A DNA stretch of 64,000 nt, taken from the IMG/VR virus record IMGVR_UViG_3300045988_120991, positions 96,001-160,000 of that record, one strand, 5' to 3'. The notes under the pieces are model-generated. The model worked only from the letters and a program-made list of their open reading frames with translations, did not search any database and was not told the DNA's origin. Below are positions 58,348-64,000 of this stretch, in pieces; the first letter of the stretch is position 1, and each line of letters begins with the position of its first letter. Source of the DNA: a virus. The position numbers and the translations under genes are program-made.

Positions 58348-58734
58348 TTACCAGCTACTTACATAATAGACCATTTCCTTTTCAAAGTCCGTTGTTTCAA
58401 GCACTCGTGTCAGAATATCAATCGTATCCTCAACACCTCTCATATACCAATTGTCATACTCAGTTCCTCCAAAGAAGAATCCTCCCTGAGTAGGAAGAAG
58501 TGCTGCAATTTCATCGGCATTTACAACGACCTCTCCGTCCTCATAACAATTCTTCCACTTTCCGTTTATAAGTGTCTGTCCATTTATAACCTTTCCTGGT
58601 TTCAATACTGCAATCTGCTTCACTTTCTCACAAGTATCAAGCAATTCCTCAAGAATTTCCTTTGTACACTCATTGTGGTAACGGCAGTCGTCAATTCCAT
58701 CCTGAACATGGTCAACAAACCATTGATGAATCAT
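58348..58734 (-). CDS. hypothetical protein (128 aa)
   Basis: Track ORF. Confidence 0.55.
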   Translation of the reverse strand: MIHQWFVDHVQDGIDDCRYHNECTKEILEELLDTCEKVKQIAVLKPGKVINGQTLINGKWKNCYEDGEVVVNADEIAALLPTQGGFFFGGTEYDNWYMRGVEDTIDILTRVLETTDFEKEMVYYVSSW

Positions 58735-58746
58735 ATTCTCTTTTCG

Positions 58747-59028
58747 TCAGTAACCAACCTGTTTCATAATGGAATTATGTCCATAGTTGTGCTCAGTATC
58801 CCAAGCACAATACTTTGTGTTATAGAATTGCTTATAATAACTAATGATGTCATTATCAAGCAATATATTTTCATCTGCTCCACAATACTCTTGCCATGTA
58901 CAATTTGCATACTCACTCCCTTCCTTTTTTGCTTTCTGCCAATCAAGATAGCCCTCAACTGCGTTTATTACACTTGCGGTAGCCTTCTTGTAACGAGGCA
59001 TTCTGTAAAGCATCATATCAAGTCCCAT
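58747..59028 (-). CDS. hypothetical protein (93 aa)
   Basis: Track ORF. Confidence 0.5.
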   Translation of the reverse strand: MGLDMMLYRMPRYKKATASVINAVEGYLDWQKAKKEGSEYANCTWQEYCGADENILLDNDIISYYKQFYNTKYCAWDTEHNYGHNSIMKQVGY

Positions 59029-59029
59029 A

Positions 59030-59458
59030 TTAAAATCCTCCTTTATTAATCATCTCTTTAATTTTATTTGCACCAAGCTGTTCTCTTGTTGGCTGTGCAT
59101 CATCAATGTCGCAAAGCATTCCATACAAGTCGTAATTATACTGCTCGTTTTCATTAAAATATTCTCTGTCTACAATGTCCCACCCGTCAATGATATAAGT
59201 TCCGTTATCGTAGTTATCATAGTCAAGATGACTACACGTATCAATCCCAATAGAAAGTCCCCCGCCAAAGAAGTTTCCAATCACCTGGCAGAGTCTTGCC
59301 CACCCATAATTATCACTTGTCGGCTCTCTATATCCTTTCATTTTGCAATAGGTTAAGAATGCTTGTACACTATCTCGGCCTCCGTTCCAGTGTAGGTATA
59401 CACCTACTCCATCGTTATTAAAGTTCTCCCTCGTAGTGATTACAGCTCTGTTACCCAT
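59030..59458 (-). CDS. hypothetical protein (142 aa)
   Basis: Track ORF. Confidence 0.55.
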   Translation of the reverse strand: MGNRAVITTRENFNNDGVGVYLHWNGGRDSVQAFLTYCKMKGYREPTSDNYGWARLCQVIGNFFGGGLSIGIDTCSHLDYDNYDNGTYIIDGWDIVDREYFNENEQYNYDLYGMLCDIDDAQPTREQLGANKIKEMINKGGF

Positions 59459-59472
59459 TTTTAAATCCTCCT

Positions 59473-59682
59473 TTAATATTTTGTTTCTCTTTCATTCATC
59501 AGCCAGCCAACGCCTTTGCTGTGGTTTTCATCAAACCAATGCCAAATCTCCTCTCTGTGAGTTCCTTTGCTCCAACCTTTCCAATCAACATCAAGGCATT
59601 CATTTTCGTCAATAGGTACATCTTCAAGCTCGTCCCACATAGATTCAAGAAGTTCATCATCGTATTTCTGATAAACACTCAT
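59473..59682 (-). CDS. hypothetical protein (69 aa)
   Basis: Track ORF. Confidence 0.5.
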   Translation of the reverse strand: MSVYQKYDDELLESMWDELEDVPIDENECLDVDWKGWSKGTHREEIWHWFDENHSKGVGWLMNERETKY

Positions 59683-60336
59683 TTACATTTCCTCCTCGTC
59701 GTCTTCTGTAATATACTCTACTCTAATCGCAACAATTTTCCCTTCCTCATTATGCGCAGTCCAACAACAATAACTGCCATCTCCATATCCAGAAGAAGAA
59801 GCAAAGCCAAGACCATCAATAGTATTTCCATCATTAATTTGAATCGTTTGCCAACTTACCTTTGTGTTGTTGCTCCATTCTCTGTACTTTTTTAACTGTT
59901 CAGCCATATCTTCTGCATTATAATCAAAAACGAATGCTACATAATTTGGATTTTTCTTAGTCGTTGTTGTAAGTTCACATACCCTCCAATACCAATCGTC
60001 ATTTACGTGTTCGGTTTCATTATCATCACTATGATATTTCTTATAATATTCATAATCAAAAATACCAGCCTGACCACTATCAACGCCGACCACGAAGCTT
60101 TCCTTACTGTATTCAAGGAACTTATTCATATAATCTGCATGTACAACCTGAATTGCGGAAACTCGTCTACCCCATGCGTCTTCATCAGAAGTTTCCACCG
60201 TACACTTATAGTTGCCTTTGAGCACATTATTAATCGCGCCTTGACACCAAGTATTCATTCCATAACATGGATCGGAAACCATCACCTTATCATCAAGAGT
60301 TATAAAACCCTTATCATTAATTTCAATATTATTCAT
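59683..60336 (-). CDS. DUF4241-like protein (217 aa)
   Basis: The motifs VSDPCY and SSGYGDGSY resemble DUF4241 as I recall it. Confidence 0.5.
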   Translation of the reverse strand: MNNIEINDKGFITLDDKVMVSDPCYGMNTWCQGAINNVLKGNYKCTVETSDEDAWGRRVSAIQVVHADYMNKFLEYSKESFVVGVDSGQAGIFDYEYYKKYHSDDNETEHVNDDWYWRVCELTTTTKKNPNYVAFVFDYNAEDMAEQLKKYREWSNNTKVSWQTIQINDGNTIDGLGFASSSGYGDGSYCCWTAHNEEGKIVAIRVEYITEDDEEEM

Positions 60337-60547
60337 TCCTCATCTTCCTTTCATATTCATCAATTTGTTCCATACTCAACCATACAGGCTTCTCTTCAAG
60401 TTCATTCCAAATTCGTCTCATGGCTTCAATGTGTTTTTCAACACTCTTTCCCCATAGATATTTTGTACTTCTGTTTCCAAAATCAAGATAATAGTCGCAA
60501 TCTGACCTCATACGGTCAAGCATTTTGTATTGAAATTCACTATTCAT
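60329..60547 (-). CDS. hypothetical protein (72 aa)
   Basis: I trimmed the track ORF to ATG 60547, just after the upstream TAA. Confidence 0.5.
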   Translation of the reverse strand: MNSEFQYKMLDRMRSDCDYYLDFGNRSTKYLWGKSVEKHIEAMRRIWNELEEKPVWLSMEQIDEYERKMRNE

Positions 60548-60548
60548 A

Positions 60549-60773
60549 TTAATCATCAACCTCACATTCAAAGAAGTTCTCATCACATTCTGAACATACA
60601 TAATCGTATTGTTCTAAATCACTTAGAAGAAGCGGTCTTCCACAATGTGGACATCTCTTTTCTGTAATGAGCATATCAATCAACGCCTTTACCTTAAAAA
60701 TTGTGTACGTATCAAGCTCAATATTTTTCAATTCTTTTCTAATGGTTAGTCTTTTCTCGTAGTTCTTAGACAT
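60549..60773 (-). CDS. zinc-ribbon protein (74 aa)
   Basis: It contains CPHCG...CSECD. Confidence 0.5.
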   Translation of the reverse strand: MSKNYEKRLTIRKELKNIELDTYTIFKVKALIDMLITEKRCPHCGRPLLLSDLEQYDYVCSECDENFFECEVDD

Positions 60774-60787
60774 TTAATTATCCTCCT

Positions 60788-61099
60788 TTAATTTTCTTCG
60801 GAACAAATATCCATGATTGTATCAACCAAATTCTGCAAAGAATCCACTCCATACCCATGTAGCGGAATCATTAACTCTCCAGTTTCCTTATCTCTCAGTT
60901 CGCAATAATGTGTCCATCCATCTTCCTCAAGATAATCGAAAGAAATGTCAAGTTCGTTTCCGTTAATAGAATTAATGTCATAAGTCACAATCCTTGTGTC
61001 AAAAGATTTCGGTCTTCTTCCTTCCCCATTCCAATTAGTAGGATTCATTTTCTCCAAAAAATCATCTGCAATTTTTTCTGCCTTTTCTCTGTTGAACAT
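60788..61099 (-). CDS. hypothetical protein (103 aa)
   Basis: Track ORF. The SD AGGAGG follows box 61114..61128. Confidence 0.55.
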   Translation of the reverse strand: MFNREKAEKIADDFLEKMNPTNWNGEGRRPKSFDTRIVTYDINSINGNELDISFDYLEEDGWTHYCELRDKETGELMIPLHGYGVDSLQNLVDTIMDICSEEN

Positions 61100-61113
61100 A
61101 ATTAAATCCTCCT

Positions 61114-61128
61114 TTAATTTTGTATCGT
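61114..61128 (-). promoter_or_regulatory. conserved box copy (GATACAAAATTAA) without an obvious -35/-10
   Basis: The minus strand reads TTTAAGACGATACAAAATTAAAGGAGGATT. Confidence 0.5.
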
Positions 61129-61129
61129 C

Positions 61130-61492
61130 TTAAATGCATCCACCGCAACATCCCCATGGAACGTTGTCATTAAATACTCTATCAATCTCTGCTGCATATT
61201 TTCGGAATTCTTCAGGAATCTCATCTGCGTCGATTTCCCATTCGCCTTGATATACATCAAAGTTCCAGTCTTCATCTGCCCGAATATTTCCTCCGCTATG
61301 CCAGAACGGTTCGCAGTTATGATCTCTAAATTTATTTGTATTAAAATCATAACTTCCAACTTCATGCCCAAAGCCATATGCGAGTCCATCAATTCTCAAC
61401 ACGAGAACGCCACTACAAAGATTTGGATATCTGCCACTATAAGAAACAAACTCGACATGATTAGTTTCATTGTTGTTATGATTAATCAACAT
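61130..61492 (-). CDS. hypothetical protein (120 aa)
   Basis: Track ORF. The overlapping ORF 61114..61392 is rejected as an alternative frame. Confidence 0.55.
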   Translation of the reverse strand: MLINHNNNETNHVEFVSYSGRYPNLCSGVLVLRIDGLAYGFGHEVGSYDFNTNKFRDHNCEPFWHSGGNIRADEDWNFDVYQGEWEIDADEIPEEFRKYAAEIDRVFNDNVPWGCCGGCI

Positions 61493-61493
61493 T

Positions 61494-61676
61494 TTATTCT
61501 CCTTTCAACATCTGCTCAATCAGTTCCATTGCCTTATCGCCTTCCAGATAGAAGCCATCACTTCCAATCTGTGTTTGAAGATTACATACCAACTGCATAA
61601 ATCTCCAATCGGGAAACATGTGCCAGTATGCCTTGAGCATCTCACAAAATTTATCAATTCTCTTGGGGTCTCTCAT
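61494..61676 (-). CDS. hypothetical protein (60 aa)
   Basis: ATG follows AAAGGAGATTCAAAA. Confidence 0.5.
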   Translation of the reverse strand: MRDPKRIDKFCEMLKAYWHMFPDWRFMQLVCNLQTQIGSDGFYLEGDKAMELIEQMLKGE

Positions 61677-61743
61677 TTTTGAATCTCCTTTAAATCAAAT
61701 TCCATATCCAGCATGTTGTATGACATTTATTCTTCCTCCTTAT

Positions 61744-62079
61744 TTACTGCAAATGACCAGTTCTTCTTTCATCTTCATATGTCCACATAAAATTAGAAGT
61801 AACGAGTGGTTTATCTGCATCGTAAGTGAACAAATGGGCATCAATGGTAGCTGTAGCAAAACGAATGAAATGTTTTGTATCGTGCGAAAGAAACGTGTAT
61901 TGGACAGAAAAACTATCAGATTTCACTTCAAAAATTTCTGCCTCATCAGCATACTTTTGAATATAGTCAAAAGCATCTCCAAATGTTTGAAACATTCTTT
62001 TACGGCTTCTGATATAATCCACAATAGTAACAGTAAACAAACAAAACTGACCTGCGGGAATTGTACGTCTAAATTCCAT
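61744..62079 (-). CDS. hypothetical protein (111 aa)
   Basis: I trimmed the track ORF to ATG 62079 (GAAAGGAGATATAAC upstream). Confidence 0.55.
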   Translation of the reverse strand: MEFRRTIPAGQFCLFTVTIVDYIRSRKRMFQTFGDAFDYIQKYADEAEIFEVKSDSFSVQYTFLSHDTKHFIRFATATIDAHLFTYDADKPLVTSNFMWTYEDERRTGHLQ

Positions 62080-62092
62080 GTTATATCTCCTT

Positions 62093-63652
62093 TCAAGCCA
62101 AACAAAAACAATGACTAATTCTACCATTCTCTGTGATGGGTTTACCACAGTTGGCGCAGATTCCAGAATGCCCAATGCTAATTACATTGTCACGGCTCTC
62201 GCTTCTTTCTCTTGGATAAGAAACGTTACAATCTTCAAAAGTTGTATAGTCACGATAGTGTACTCCGTAGGAATCTACATTATTGATTACATCACCATTT
62301 TCTTTCTTTTTCCAGACAGTATCCGTAAGACCAAGAATAGTGGCGAGTACATTTTGTACATAGTTGCGGAATACTTTATACAAATCCGTTCTACCATCAT
62401 TCCCCTGTGGATACACTCTGCCCTGTACAAGAATGTTATTTCCATAATGAAACATACACCTATAAATCTTTCCGTCCTCCCAATTGGTCGGAACATGATT
62501 ATGCACAAAGGTAACAATCGAAGTGCTATCCAGCATATAACTCACAGTCCCTCCGCAGTACATACCAGAATAGGCGTTATCCATACCTCTACGGTTCTCT
62601 TTGTCAATTGTATGGCAAGAAGCCCAGTTTACACCGAAGCTCATAGTTAAATAATCAATAGGATTGACGCTAATAAAGAACTTTAGCTTTCTCTTGAGTC
62701 CACTTACCATGTCGGCATACTTTGCAAATAGCTTATTATACTTAGGTAATTTATCTATTCCATAGAATCCGCACACTCGATTGAAAGCACGGCTGGTTTT
62801 CATGCCTTCCCTTACTTTATATTTTGCATCCATGCTTTCAGAAAATTCTTTATCAATAGTAGAAAGTCTGAACATCTTAAATTTACGCATTGCGCTATAG
62901 CACTCATTTTCGATTGCATGAGAAGCAAGCGTTGCTTTATCATCTGCAAACTTATTGCGTGCATCTGTTACATTTTTTAACTTTGCAACCACTTCTGGCT
63001 TCATCAAATCTTTTGCCGTAATGCACTCTACTCCAGTTCTGATGTAATCATCAATTTTCTTACCATACTCATCTTCGTACTTCAGAATCAACCTGCTTGC
63101 GTCAACATTATTATAGAAGTTTTCGCAAAATGAATAAATATCATCTGCATTATTTTCTCTTTCGAGTTCAATGTCAATCATGATTCGCATGTCGCCCATG
63201 TAATAAGCAGACTTTTGAAACAGTTCAATCAAATCCTTTTTGTTGGTGAAATATTCATTCAGCATCGTACATACGCCGTGCTCAGTATTTCTATGCCCAT
63301 ATTTGGTAAGCAGAGCCATCACATCATCGACGAGCTTGTCCGTGTCACAATACTGACCCCACGCTTCCTTGATATCTGCCTTTGTAAGAATGGTGCTTGG
63401 CTGTGCTGTAGGAACCGTCCCATCCTCAAAACCAGCAAAGTCAGCGCTGCCCCAAGAAAATTTCCCATCATCTTCTTCGAGGAAGTATTCAGTATCTTCT
63501 TCGATACCGTTATGTTCAACAACTCTTTCGATTGTTACAGCACGTCCATTAAAACGCTCCATTCCCCATCCGTACCCATAACGATAATTTCTACTAATGA
63601 CACCAAGATTTTCCCTTACAACAACACGATCCCCAACATTGTAGAGTGCCAT
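62093..63652 (-). CDS. large hypothetical protein (519 aa)
   Basis: I trimmed the track ORF to ATG 63652 (GAAAGGAGATATAATT upstream). I see no recognisable motif. Confidence 0.65.
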   Translation of the reverse strand: MALYNVGDRVVVRENLGVISRNYRYGYGWGMERFNGRAVTIERVVEHNGIEEDTEYFLEEDDGKFSWGSADFAGFEDGTVPTAQPSTILTKADIKEAWGQYCDTDKLVDDVMALLTKYGHRNTEHGVCTMLNEYFTNKKDLIELFQKSAYYMGDMRIMIDIELERENNADDIYSFCENFYNNVDASRLILKYEDEYGKKIDDYIRTGVECITAKDLMKPEVVAKLKNVTDARNKFADDKATLASHAIENECYSAMRKFKMFRLSTIDKEFSESMDAKYKVREGMKTSRAFNRVCGFYGIDKLPKYNKLFAKYADMVSGLKRKLKFFISVNPIDYLTMSFGVNWASCHTIDKENRRGMDNAYSGMYCGGTVSYMLDSTSIVTFVHNHVPTNWEDGKIYRCMFHYGNNILVQGRVYPQGNDGRTDLYKVFRNYVQNVLATILGLTDTVWKKKENGDVINNVDSYGVHYRDYTTFEDCNVSYPRERSESRDNVISIGHSGICANCGKPITENGRISHCFCLA

Positions 63653-63666
63653 AATTATATCTCCTT

Positions 63667-64000
63667 TCAATTATACAGGCTTGCAATTTTTTCCTTAATG
63701 CTTTTAAGGGTTTTGTCAGGAATGGATTCGGAACTATTGTATTCATTATACCAGCAACCATTAATAAGAAACAGCTTGTTGTACTTTTTAGAATACACAA
63801 CATCAAACGACTGACTTCTGTAACAAATTACAAAACGGTCAACAATGTTTAACTTGTTGACTATTGCAGTAATATGATTCTTCCCTTTCAGTTTATAGTA
63901 GGTAACGCCACTGTGTTTATATTCAATCTTTTCTGTGAACCCGTTTTCAAGAATTCTATCCACAGTAATTATGTCATCAAATAGGCCAGGATAATTTGTA
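63667..64000 (-). CDS. hypothetical protein; the 5' end may lie beyond the window
   Basis: The track ORF starts at GTG 63963, but the same frame stays open to position 64000. Confidence 0.45.
   Translation of the reverse strand, partial: TNYPGLFDDIITVDRILENGFTEKIEYKHSGVTYYKLKGKNHITAIVNKLNIVDRFVICYRSQSFDVVYSKKYNKLFLINGCWYNEYNSSESIPDKTLKSIKEKIASLYN

Noticed and set aside
1-64000. Stop-codon reassignment (alternative genetic code), as seen in some gut phages.
   Set aside because: TAA, TAG (for example ORF 9817..9990) and TGA (for example ORFs 15943..16110 and 28989..29165) all end well-supported ORFs. Long genes (1088, 597 and 522 aa) are uninterrupted under the standard code in this window. 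Late genes outside the window cannot be assessed.
1-64000. CRISPR arrays, rRNA genes, transposase/IS elements and prophage att sites.
   Set aside because: I saw no regularly spaced direct repeats, no rRNA-like sequence, no transposase motifs and no terminal inverted repeats. The only mobile elements I can support are the homing endonucleases.

Overview
This window is a gene-dense, AT-rich stretch of a tailed-phage genome. I infer a low-GC Firmicutes host from the AGGAGG-type Shine-Dalgarno sites and the TTGACA/TATAAT promoters. Every credible gene is on the minus strand, and the plus-strand ORFs in the track look like shadow ORFs. I recognise these modules:

- **DNA modification and nucleotide metabolism:** a C5-cytosine methyltransferase, an NPPY methyltransferase, a guanylate-kinase-like kinase, dCMP deaminase, SHMT (glyA), an HD hydrolase and a PurA-like enzyme.
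- **RNA repair set:** a Thg1-like enzyme, a metallophosphoesterase, a radical-SAM protein, a P-loop kinase fused to an HD domain, and an Rnl2-type RNA ligase fused to a tRNA-binding domain.
- **tRNA operon (about 5.6 kb, 20026..25628):** 18 tRNA or tRNA-like genes, one large ORF with Ro60-like architecture (helical N-domain plus vWA), three small ORFs and long structured spacers.
- **Replication module:** DnaE-type Pol III alpha, a DHH/RecJ-like nuclease, a TOPRIM primase, DnaB helicase, a P-loop ATPase and an SSB-like protein. It is invaded by GIY-YIG and HNH-AP2 homing endonucleases.
- **Other:** a tyrosine recombinase, a PPP phosphatase and many small Cys-rich proteins.

The most interesting observations are:

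1. Three tRNAs (deduced Gln-UUG, Ile-UAU, Leu-UAA) are interrupted in the anticodon loop by 47-73 nt inserts. The inserts share one architecture, and a single structural cutting rule restores canonical 7-nt loops in all three.
2. A tRNA-Asn-like element carries a 44-nt insertion and is followed by three tandem hairpins with a TAACAGCAA motif. It sits directly upstream of the Ro60-like gene.
3. A roughly 15-nt box (ACAGTACAAAATTAA) is attached to about 20 promoters or gene starts.
4. A divergent PurA-like gene lies in an operon with a vWA protein.

All calls come from reading the sequence by eye. No database search or folding program was run.
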